NCBI GenBank assembly: GCA_037146775.1
Contig: JBAWWL010000009.1
Coordinates: 4,575 to 68,574, forward strand
Direction: 5' to 3'
DNA: 64,000 bases
Source of the DNA: Candidatus Omnitrophota bacterium
GTDB taxonomy: Bacteria > Omnitrophota > Gorgyraeia > Duberdicusellales > 4484-171
The notes below the pieces were generated by a model. It had not been told where the DNA came from, did no database searches, and was given only the letters and a program-made list of their open reading frames with translations. Both the position numbers and the translations under genes were made by a program. Below are positions 23,301-26,400 of this stretch, one piece after another. Each line of letters starts with the position of its first letter. Position 1 is the first letter of the stretch.

Positions 23301-23456
23301 AAGCTGGGTGGGTGCAGGAAGAAACGAAGCGTAGGTTTTGGGAATAGCCTTATCGATATAACCGGCTAAAGCAGTGATAAAGATCGCTGCTGCCACAAAC
23401 AGAGCCACTGCCTTGAAGGGAATACTGGCGCGTTTTTGGTTAATATAGATTATCAT
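1..23456 (-). CDS. Giant modular protein 2, at least 7818 aa, 3' end beyond the window edge (N-terminal export domain, HEAT/TPR modules with a repeated cap domain, hexa-AAA+/VWA cassette)
   Basis: ATG at 23456-23454 overlaps the upstream TAA (TAATG). The N-terminus matches that of the 6198-aa ORF. Manual translation at many points (~3-60, 7800, 8150, 8960, 10400, 12690, 14820, 15600, 20760-21150) stays in one frame with sensible motifs. The ORF track lists no terminated ORF in this frame, consistent with no stop inside the window. Confidence 0.93.
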   Translation of the reverse strand, partial: MIIYINQKRASIPFKAVALFVAAAIFITALAGYIDKAIPKTYASFLPAPTQLLEVSPAFNPLVLKGIKVYPDEPFKFDFILDSGDSTSSQKELKQSSEKLIKHFLASLTIPEEDLWVNLSPYEKERVIPQELGITELGKDLLAEDYILKQLMASITYPESPLGKQFWEKVYKKVYQLYGTTELPINTFNKIWIVPDKAVVYQEDSSAFVVESKLKVMLEEDYLALKNNLNNQEYSTSKIKEDKVKALNKVSSEVLKELILPEIEKEVNQGKNFAPLRQVYNSLILSVWFKKQLKESLVGQIYVNRKKTKGIDTPDKQIKEKIYKQYLSAYRQGVYNYIKDEFDTNTQQNINRRYYSGGCDFTKASSALTITNDPSRVISSNKGKSFNLEVMLDTGSGLEEKVQETIAQVKGPVVSSALTAQGELDTNFDKLSQAQDETERAQVTLALSQILNGHSVVVTTPEQLSIIFSAIKQPNNSKKTIEIIAETIHLVLVNNLGLLSLAFDEIKRDDITDKNRYDFIKAIDLALCDARMIKPTHDHLRSIFAVFQRPDNSKNTHQEIARLLNRTLYNNSSLKLTPIQFGVLVAALKSEERGNDAHNNIALAASRALFNNHELLPSALEELKRNDINDKNRIDAAGIIYLALCDARTLQLTPEQLDILLTAIKRGDNSEDTRGTIAATVSQALVNNSALSIYFLKALANLSNDILYILASALVNVAKALTFDSSQMYSLVRLFMERGFIDQAKKLAKEYLEKNSASDLHSHEIANQQVDWPIILNSIDRALLMQEQYRDGYVAVVVAVDSLEQSFLAVQLKNRIYHTDALARGVRLPATPFGEITRTNLQYYLSHYTLSWEEFKEFMDTYYLGFHQHPEKYTASPADESLRPRGKASSTIEVTQAEWERQFGEADTEIKKIEVINRLKKATLQGSQTAIGAVGELANKLKDIITGQASAGIKEAANLTLAAAASEGSKLAVDALKEIVASQIPETIKQSAVGALAAAAHRGGQVAIDALKDIITSETSEIVKQEAILALNMAAARGRQPAMDAIGELATNLKAIITGQSSESLKQAVIQTLGVAAFMGNQPSVVAVGELATNIKAIITGQFSEALKQSAIQTLGAAAHRGNQPTISAIGELVTNLKEIIFGQASADLKSTVIQALGAGAAGNSQAAANTLKEIITSRVSENIKQSAIYNLGNAVAGGSQAATDVVGELIDILRGIIASQASAQIKKISTQAIKIFLEHSPDFLAKEAAKDQSDWSLILNHIDKSILLQQQYLEDYLAVVTNSDLVTQKLLAVKLKQRVYCDDAKMRGVNPVPEPIEISKIQLPLYLSRYTLSWEEFKQFMDAHYTEFHQHPQKYTESPETESLRPKGKVSSAVEVTQAEWERQFNEADTDAKKIEVIVELIRTASVAENSQSLVAATVIGKVSATLKGMIMSLNLQNSHQNFVETAMQALKIAASRNNQSAVNALKDIAISQNSETINVPAINALRAAVSGGSNFAVDALKEIVTSAIAENTRATAIEGLDAVAYDDGQAAISAIGELTVILKNIITNYGSERIKKAAISALSNAASKGSQAAVTVIEELLETLKGIITSQASEAIKRAATEAIKVFLAYSNFLVKEADKQENDWSIVLSGIDRNLLTQGQYYHDYTAIVYSAVVANADSTEQTLLAVQLKNKIYHADALVRGVSLPVTPFGEITLTNLQHYLSRYTLGWKEFKQFMDTNYADFHQYPERFMMSPAEEKLRPEKASSAVPESTIKTQGASSPTSDDWRITQQVQQLLDAIKTAKDDATHKSSITALRRAMIDNPMLAEKIYSAIGEVGVGIDNDPMRMKLFDAFSDAFRGMASQLSESEADRILDILRQKKLDFRSRREFSKVIGAIASNNYVFFNKLVSGITESSDQNVIVPFAWALQQILENTRSMALTSTQIKDLVATMERVNDLGVLQNIRDVLEKARNTNSSILEETLSALKETSSAGVAHELAFILGRASRGSQKNLSYAKQAIEFLLDRGLARSAIVSIVNPILEADPQWLSPSEVYSWIRSFSNKGFLVEAASIVKEYLNKHPETDFTVGVQKDEFDWPVILNSINRQLLMQEQYRDDYAAVVVNTDPAEQALLAVRLKNRIYYADALARGIVLPAAPFSELTRTNLQQYLSHYTLDWEEFKQFMDANYADFHRHPGKYIESPVEESLRPSKASSALSQTATVSEAIHEQDWSRAVQLAQAAMDNDTAKPEDITIWLTDLVAARQVDAVRSISVAAFDGLFGNLSYRGEWIAIVELLSSEITAILRLKQKELLMEKVRKPQFVDGIYHNLSARFPVAREGLSPTKFRTEFPKLFDPEITRTELTLKHESFLRNYIRRLMGERSKLTTDEAIRIKRLSRELTESIIEARKSHRLQTVGEVSYRESMRFRKIFSRWYLHDMRLAKSRVFDYFAMVAIGIYGRFVPWESRQQFAEVLEGVFRRPAFKDLFLEAGVERGSEVNRYKMLELFDYGRFQMDEQKLGPEAEEVKSVPGLPSYRKLSAAAERARACDMPLFVFVPAGHFTDVVVDALSQEADSAGKPNSEVIPVTISGFSQRNELFGKEQPDANGEMDFVDGAIARAIDFALAHSDKQVYFVLENPNFWSGDVRISLHQMLLERKVMLRRAESVSGRKQVEVNLPDNLQVVLTMERSADIGDESFMDRTAGYYLAELEAKEIQQYLALRVGVTAEVADFLVNNVYAKIKESRVFGDKVNVQDVVQIAYYVRGRMNDNNFTVPLLEVARQEAAMHLAAKFSDLQEAEVINALRSVVGDAPRGSVEISADGKTSVFAGIKVDIDPESRFGKHVAERLATDGRVPAFSEALKAVLPKDYFLTNSEEKVFCLLARVYRYSPSKVIYLQGLPGGGKTTIARVFLDIIGCQQEEYTLNNETELSLFRGSLRINPAAKRGVELREPPYWQNRSIDKVGDIINEIDTRLKVMQWLSPNIMARAYRLGLEYGSTDESNPFNRKDFGQGQITILTGNVRRDAPAILAANIPATYCMERSETDIISITRAMFLARMARMKPAGSSASSPMVLTESMVQSKADTLSAVYNAFSREVLAGNFSSKRLVTPRLSEYFNELMFKAIERGESIDKAFNMLLHIVFVFMWDNPQDMETARNIIKTQVTDLSPPPSPQELLKFIREFPLETPVLVLSNGTVTFKEIRDAVILGTAIKDTIVNLSRFHTKRSLIGGMSRTTEDRAPRNKLGILAWTILRAHLEGNERICWLKGYLNMNPQVTPLFNEFFPSNMLPVDEMFDDNVVNDVMALLGQYHQSYSRIRAEFLEAIKSDRVREKYVGKTSAELPERFEDLSPEQKRMLAKFIISYKPKNLSFRAVGMAEEPIALHPADVDRFFTVNVSHEFNKGWVSQYADGQLASIRESGLRKAALECVQAAWQLHEEQKVNGLYPHNRLGRAEIDLFIKEILSRHQAGTLDETTIKLLGYHILAMGLVEQEEDADQSREHKDYRQAYLAATHLNISQLRYSPNFSLEGGVVYYEIIVQVSGKPVVLVRQATEYSDFKELDKFGRYNFYRADSIIPVRLEAPLQSRLAQQASVMLFGNDNMSVVLEGDPGGGKTSGARDAANAEGKDYYEEGMFRRITLGTALGGLTLRGKEIVLNTLEKDAGRRYILPFLRMYSEGGQYVADEGMVSKGAGQVLRWIVSAASQEEIDLGTYHPGLQGIIVKRDPRFCFIITQNYHFKTGSRKPLPREIDLSVGKIRVDNVLSLEDAVMLINYYLEDAQFDDGLKTEMARLHILLSRSHPQRRMISPRDLIDAVQMVRERGVNADAERLEAIYEAIAVNYLEGLSEVEYEIAEKLVRQVFPDFRMPDFSRMQLVDRGNSDVSQEEVTHLEQSPTLARKVRAMECMLLTGGQATYRGRVLGRKQILLHESPSVGGVEFLKLFSRKTGRKMEVVEGSPFTTAKGLLVGESFAFDADFNDEGERTASIDSFRPAHGPLRRHLVTLEELDSIPPARQVPVLIAITNVESIPKNELVKLNELLQSRTIILKDDAGNLTTFVLPSWVTIVAITSDMRQLTSPFANRLRKIGLPDFNNAQEAHAVLSELYPNLTLEETRFLVEVNQQAAAFCAQRRFEQGYEFSMHDLSEMALRLQMFKQIDHGRGAVHNDPFWYAMKATYYVLFAAMCPEDRKVFLEQALAPILASRLSGLDNNQLIKYCRGLLGEIVQQERGLPREVYPKTLNLEDFSERVYKLANGMKVCLRGDSLNILTDADSYEVSWQELSNNEERKLSDGLSIVRQGDTLTLRLNIICAVGANRFSSNEENKRRAVPLEEMSVDDFMYPADSLLDALNALLQAHTPVVAANGKFIPSRIVLVAGETGSGKTTLARMLPRAEGTPLVRTNPWREMRDSHITVSLAFGQTVKMSVADFLLSCGTVNGKRINTAYPTSNRIRILYDEANVTRDVWYILDAIARGERKFNLITPAGDSVEVVLDKELDIILTYNPPERYGGTGKGSNRYAFPAPFSRKCLKVYTSEPLSRYSKTDITATGYSETETYGIMDGVDRRGEAYFKRQNEARRMSELEQAGKFTQEVPDSGFFAVENEAFPVERVPDITPKPLADLAQEIQQHYPQQPVEKLKRTVSEEERQEAAKQAREQVSFDPADLRARMQEFSLASPALSQQQKYAGLVNRVLIKAFVGMAREAVDSGLLREIVALCASVDSELATIVGELYDYYRQSTTSIQGLAICLGKLESNARKNKVYLENSRDKVLRWRGRPILGFSALPIARMLNMGSERLRHVLGDKYRQVFNDNDNPQVIVVVRPQDGTLGYFNSEGDAVVSFLNNTEKEYEVAAHELGHLVSEKIGPENAALAERLHKNGELLSTLFPLLLVPNPKAYVRDVLVAAIRNRRADDDAYALAARDVLNAFLKAHAKARISTDFEEDNIQVAVRLIDGLSDSEIVKLCMLFLNEPAEYFTDVQRGFYYIQQLSVNMAGATHNFDLSSGKLFFTPNVKVINIGEIDVAETDLSDLPPEKEVVDERQERRERLARVSRRELPASSRKWLERYKKLIAPTDDDYEADYEHVSDGGTDIDPEALAAGDYDRVLIAPQFEDEEKLLAQNIMFVIDASGSITSKPVLQRALEDMIYEYATNLLELSRINPDLNISVAVITTRFTPLFDFKQWKAARSHEAKRQLIVDALDRIWTENIDGGGIDGQALLNGLSDIEFPSAGNKDVKNLVVVATDGDEAQAVSPQVMGEALQEKIKQFQHGKYVTATGKPQIQASSHQQIDFVFAGVALDDGGEKLRKNYPCRINLEEQSIEAYLETLLKIALLQVEGHGLEGDVGHVVSAMDKSKAAASSALSTSQAKASSSPLTTQPDKQNGLQRLLAKGKAIVKGLIAKWKAHREVQIILSAQINKNKVLGTNAESVKLKAIKALYNAAIKDRKPAIDVLKEIITSQVPEGIRRAAIEALENAVLYESQYSVVAIGELVDNLKEIIISQASAGIRLTALRALNVAARYGSQPASNALKEIIITQVSGGIHIQYIAISGLKVAALHDSQPAIVAIEELSNTLKEIVFSQVAPDTKEEAIKALGAAAAKDRQSPINALKEIITSRVSADMRSVAIWQLRDIVRSAPVWHRRADSVIIALKEIINSEVSEYIKQTAIDGLSKTAFSDSQPVAIAAIGELADTLRDIVISQASENMRVSAITALRVVAYYGNQPVIAAIEELADTLRDIVISQASEHIKDAAIWALCFATHRASLPAIIALKQIIASQVSQKIKETARGAIKALLYNNDQEFLTREVARAEADWPIILSGIDGALLIRQQYINDYLLVVADMDSNTQSLLAVRLKQRIYLDDAKTRGVNPLPQPYEISQAQLPLCLSHYTEAWEEFKTFMDANYADFHQHPERFTMSPAEESLRPRGKGKASSAVGITLDEMIGKFFEAKTNPDRIAAINQLITTSSNGDPSGKIRATLKLIVTSQYSDKVKEEVMTRLAAAALGGNQAAIATINELIDIFKEIIKVKTSEGIRNSAIWALRTAAVKGNQIAFDAIEELMVVLGAIMNSSVYEKHIKETAKGAIEIYLAHNPEFLSKEAAKGQSDWPIILNHIERSLFERKEYRDGYIAVVTNSDSEVQKLLAVRLKQRIYCDDAKTRGVQPMPKPREISQTELPRYLSRYTEAWEEFKTFMDANYADFHQHPGKYIESPTEESLRPKKGKASGASSALQQEPPVSQGSWSLRKAIQRGVAAVQSWWRQRKEENAQRTVKNFMSMVKTTIGDKRIQRLSRQAARNPILLEHIVRNINESGNTMHSRQILCSVLSDVLRENHSLPLLQAQFDSLFDTFRNSPAVGLRDSLDGVLGSSARFHPEQLERLLVGAEEAEDPLVRESFINALYTALGGEDHLVPFSQGQMNRLLVFVSQPGQSQSFSRSLSLLVFAVLRKNRSLKLSHTQVLSLVEALKQTQDDKTREKYAEALIEALINDRSLASKDLHLDEIIEALSRAKDLAPEYILILLGQIAANNPQVYSRVQEVFQRMATPVYIHHLRQMLPCDSSEPHELKFWMRMLIHWGEPQAAINMASRYLHDSSGNLHSSDVERAEADWPIILDGIDWQLLKDRAYLEEYINVVVGVDSLEQSFLAVQLKNRIYHADARARKVPGLPAQPFSDITRRNLNQYLSRYTLSWEEFKTFMDTHYQEFHQHPETYNESPAEENLRPRGKGKASSALGETYQELIAKLAIEKEPTTQYRLADALATACQQTDWIEITTPQGLDGIFTILNQSQDDATMKLLASALRHIAKKASSRTKFNLEQAGFLAAAIAKANDYFLLSDLAVALGSVARGNPELLSIASAAAEKLFERKLFNKAFDIVQAFAEIGDFSDSVLVYSWMFRFVEKGEASMAKEIGQTYLRSSAFRTAYFEAQAALAQNDWPIILGSINWSLVLRKGTARTYPYKETLFLEGVYHEDYLNIILEKDNDRKNLLAVRIKQRIYLDDAKKRGVHLLPQPREISQTELPRYLSRYTLSWEEFKTFMDANYVDFHQHPEKYTESPAEESLRSGKASSALSFSDRGQAVLDNVQARAQIAEKITLSAFALVTMGGDGYNGNASHELVELADMYAELGNLQKAQDLLELAKGRISGYNEAPIRARISEVYAKLAKSQEAEEMLLSAIEKSEEPYSDPAIIARAAITINRIEKVQQAIQSAGSRRLKENKGHYLAYFAISLAEQNKTDEALAILRGIDSAKDIYSYRDLLVYLVTSGKISADQGIALAQKISKDYDRTDTLIKIAEGLAEKDTEAVLKIVKLLKNDYDQEKVLKLIARQIVARNRPDEITRMQANEIILISLSEAYADQNKMQEALGSAGRIMRTDLRLSTLLYIAKKLALSGDKAQAGRILDRDVLSNIGSSLKYKRSEVFALIAELEILLGRNTQAKQYVDAAIREAESSHVDEDFCILVANILSQLGLWNETFQFINQLKDETRGKALDAIARLAVAANKVEGYQDYSNRGWTPNNTGGSQGRAIAHMALARELAKGGRFDEAVQEARQVSYRDMYSQAYLVVAQVVAAEFRRTNEARVITELNDGMLQGRVIQLISQEMINAGALDRLLNLTRSVGRSEVDGYRAQAFVHIAETLVQVGRREEANLLLQEALTNIRGLDSLSCNSMIRAFRLFAALNPATVLESLQQAQVQLEAFNKKLLQACQPLEEYRGLHVTANLVKSGLTVAQMQDEQFFVPLVQFVRQSGGYLDFNLKYLGDLTVQNAKQTVESWVRVMTEYENPLCVPVMLDGQDANGSMEKIWHYLNGRPAHVTARDAYSWMRLFISLGAANAARDIAKKYIEEYQSKGGKAKL
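2355..2759 (-). repeat. Copy 8 of the ~120-aa module-capping repeat (DWPIIL...YTLSWEEF..FM...FHQHPEKY..SP..E.LR..KASSA), with a short insertion
   Basis: Direct translation; DNA similarity to the other copies (e.g. gaattcttcccaagataaggtgtagcgg). Confidence 0.9.
3366..3737 (-). repeat. Copy 7 of the module-capping repeat
   Basis: DWPIIL...SWEEF...FHQHPE...LRPRGKGKASSAL. Confidence 0.9.
4863..5234 (-). repeat. Copy 6 of the module-capping repeat
   Basis: DWPIIL...AWEEF...FHQHPGKY...KASGASSAL; a stretch of ~65 bp is identical to copy 5. Confidence 0.9.
5745..6110 (-). repeat. Copy 5 of the module-capping repeat
   Basis: DWPIIL...AWEEF...FHQHPERF...GKASSAV. Confidence 0.9.
6150..7300 (-). repeat. 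HEAT/ARM-like tandem helical repeats (~35-42 aa units)
   Basis: Recurring LKEII.SQ.SE.I...AI.AL..AA pattern; the DNA string cagaagcctgggaaataacaatatctcttaaggtatcagcaagctc recurs at ~6310 and ~6436 (126-bp period). Confidence 0.8.
7530..8190 (-). other. von Willebrand factor A (VWA) domain with a MIDAS motif
   Basis: IMFVIDASGS (DxSxS, 8148-8162), GGGID (~7900), NLVVVATDGD (TDG at 7806-7814). Confidence 0.88.
8964..8978 (-). other. HExxH zinc-metallopeptidase-like motif between the AAA ring and the VWA domain
   Basis: EVAAHELGHLV. Confidence 0.6.
9900..16000 (-). other. Six tandem MoxR/dynein-related AAA+ modules (midasin/Rea1-like); three intact and three degenerate P-loops
   Basis: Walker A: GLPGGGKT 14805-14828, GDPGGGKT 12681-12704, GETGSGKT 10383-10406. 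Walker B: ILYDEAN ~10170, YVADEG ~12475. Sensor-1: FIITQN and LTYNPP. Degenerate modules near 15900 (with DFVDGAIARA..YFVLENPN ~15600-15690), ~13940 and ~11740. Confidence 0.8.
16869..17228 (-). repeat. Copy 4 of the module-capping repeat
   Basis: DWPVIL...LDWEEF...FHRHPGKY...LRPSKASSAL. Confidence 0.9.
18207..18581 (-). repeat. Copy 3 of the module-capping repeat
   Basis: DWSIVL...LGWEEF...FHQYPERF...LRPEKASSAV. Confidence 0.9.
18620..20720 (-). repeat. HEAT/ARM-like tandem repeats in two modules that both start EVTQAEWERQF.EADT
   Basis: The DNA string actggccagtgatgattgcttt recurs at ~20150 and ~20276 (126-bp period); same consensus as 6150-7300. Confidence 0.8.
19335..19694 (-). repeat. 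Copy 2 of the module-capping repeat
   Basis: DWSLIL...SWEEF...FHQHPQKY...LRPKGKVSSAV. Confidence 0.9.
20787..21146 (-). repeat. Copy 1 of the module-capping repeat
   Basis: Translated by hand: DWPIILNSIDRALLMQEQYRDGYVAVVVAVDSLEQSFLAVQLKNRIYHTDALARGVRLPATPFGEITRTNLQYYLSHYTLSWEEFKEFMDTYYLGFHQHPEKYTASPADESLRPRGKASST. Confidence 0.92.
22272..23456 (-). repeat. Direct repeat copy B (~1.18 kb): shared N-terminal domain of the giant proteins
   Basis: Nearly identical to 40868-42052 (offset 18,596 bp). The central ~800 bp appear identical and the differences at the ends are mostly synonymous. Confidence 0.95.
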
Positions 23457-26400
23457 TATTTATAAAGATTAGATTCAAATCTATCTTCTTTTTTTCTTGC
23501 TATATATTTTTCGTGAGAAACCAAAGCTAAATCAACTTTATCCGATTGCGTTTGAGCTTCATCCCGGTTAACTGGATAAGTCTTGAGAATACTGCTTAAA
23601 TTATGTATGGCTTTTATATTTATGATTCGGAAACTAAAACCTTCGAATTTCTTAATATCAAAAGGAATATTGAAACGGCCGAATTTTACACTAGAACCTT
23701 TAACTTCTAATTCAAGATACTTAGGATTAAAATCGATACCACCCGGTTTCGATTCAGAAGAGTTGACCCTGAGCAGAGTCGAAGGATCTATGCCACCAGT
23801 TTTATTATCTTTCGTAGTCTCTTCACCAACATCTCCTCCAATAGTTTGCGTTGCGACAGAACGTAAATTTTGCAAAACTTCCTGCGACGGACTATTTTTG
23901 TCAAAAATAAAACCCCGGCCACTATCTAAAGCATAAACAAAGTCTACACCTTTGGAACTTTTCCTATCTAATTTTGATGGTCCCTCAGGATACTTTGAAC
24001 CTTTAAAATGCGAATGGTATGGCATACTTATTAACCCAGGCTTACCTCTTGCAACACTTTCAAAACTTAAAATTTCCTGATCTACTAAATTTATTCCATA
24101 TCTTTGCATTAATATTTGGCCCCTTTCTCCACCGGGGAAGAATGTACCGATACCACTCGTATTTACCTGCTCTATATCTGAATCGTCTTTATCATAATTA
24201 TCAATCCGCGGGCTCATTACTATCGATCCCACAGGAATAAAATCAACTATTTCAATAATATCTCCTTGGCTACGCGCAATAAAATAACCTTTTCTTTCAA
24301 AATCCGGGGAACGCCCTGACCAAGCAACCATTTTCTCCCATGCCTTTAGCGGAAAATTATATGTCTTGCCTTGATAATCTTGTGCGTAATAGCCTTGGCT
24401 GGAAGATTGCCACTTTTGATGAAAATCTAGCGCTTCTGCAGGCGTCACAATGCGTGTCCATTCAGTTTCTCGAGAAATAGGTTGCGATAGCCTTAAATCA
24501 AAGATTTTTGCTACTGGATCATTTTCTATATTTAGCGCTGAACTTACTTTTTCCTCATGAAAAGCTTCTTTTGCCGGTTCCATAAGCGACAGCACACTTG
24601 AAGCTTGCGTTCCCTTGTCACCTACAGTGTTATGCTCCGCTGGTTTTTTAACGGCTGATTCTTTTGGGGTTATAACGGCGAGAGTCTTAAATCCCTGGAT
24701 AGTTTCATCAATAACTTTGCCGATAAATATCTGATAACGCACAATATTTTGAATGACCGTTGTCCCAGTGGTAGCTCCAGCTAAATCAATATCTTTCTCA
24801 TGAGCAAGGGATACATCTACCATTAATGGTTTCGGCACAACGTTGGTATCGTATACCTCAACCTTGCTGCATTTTCCAGAATCATTTAATTCTATTGATA
24901 AACCAATTGGTAACGACAAATTAAAATGGTTACCCCAGAAGAAAGCATTTTTAAGCATTTCGCGCAATGGATGACGGATATCCCGGCCAAAAATGTTTCC
25001 AGACGGACGCAACCACGGCAATTCATGAACAAAATTTTCAATTCGTGCTTTTACTTTCTTAAACCATGTTCTTTTTATTTCCTTATTCGCGCTGTTTAAA
25101 TCTGGCGCATCCGCTGTCTTTAAATTAAGTACTACTACTCGACCATCCCTAAAAGCTTCTATAACTTTTTCTGCAGCATCTTGAGCAAAGAACGAAACCT
25201 CAACTGTTTCACGGTTAAAAATAGGCGAAGATACAATACTTTTATCTGTTAGGGAAGTTTTCTCTGATATTACTGAACTACTTACCGTTTCTAGTTTCTC
25301 TGGTGGCAAGATATCGCCTGGAATTGCTCTAAGATCTTCAAAATTCCATCCTGGCTGAGTAAAACTATTATAAAAAACTCTTGGGCCAAATCGAACAACT
25401 CTATAAACAGCATAAGTAGGTTGTCGACTAAAATTGCCGGTAGAAACCGGAACTACCATCATTCCGCTACCTTGGCTAAGACGATTGAATAAGCTTTTAG
25501 AAATACCTCCGGGTAAACTTCCATCAACTATAATTCTGTCGAATTTTATCCCATCGATACCGTCTAGCTCGCTAAAAGCATCTCCACGGATAAATTCAAC
25601 GTTCTGATACTTTGGTGAAATTAGTGCTTGCCGATCTCTAGATATTGCAGGGTCTATCTCCACGGTGTATATCTTGCCGTTGCCACTGTTTTTCCCGCCA
25701 TTAAGTAAGTCTGCCAAGACTGCCACCATCCAGCCTGAACCAGTACCAACATGTAATATCTTCTCATCGCCTTTAAGATTGAGTAAAGAAGCTACAAAAC
25801 CAAGATACGGCCCTGACGGCAAAGCTCTTTCGCGATAACCTGCTGGTAGTCTTAAACTATAAGCGTCTTGTATATCAGGCATATCAATAAAGTCTGCCCG
25901 TGGATTAGCTTGCATCGCTCTTAATATTGATTGAATTTGCTCTAGCCTAACTTTTTTACTACTTAAAAAATCTTCTACGTTTTTATAAAATATGTCTTGA
26001 GAAGATGTTGCGGTGACCGCACTTGATGCAGATTGAGAAATGTCGTTCGATTTTTTAGATAACTCTACTTGCGCCAGCGGCGACGATACCGCAGATTCTG
26101 TGGTTTCTGCCATCTGCCTAAAATCCTGAATCGTTTCTGAGTAAGTCTCTTCGTGCCGGCCAATCCATTCCTCCGGCTTAAATTGCTCAACATGTTGCGT
26201 GGCTCTCCTGCCCCAGGCTAATCTGTCTTGAGGAGCTAAACTCATAAATCGTGATAACCCATCTTTTAGAGCATCAGCACGCTGCTCAAAATCAGCATAC
26301 CAAGGAACCAAAAGTCCGCTTTCGCGATCAACTATTGACTCTCTTACTCCAGGAATATCTGAACCAATAACCGGAACACCCATGCTCGCCGCCTCCAGCG

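Noticed and set aside
22272-23456. The 1.18-kb direct repeat as an IS element or prophage att site
   Set aside because: No transposase motifs, terminal inverted repeats or target duplication; it encodes the N-terminus of both giant proteins.
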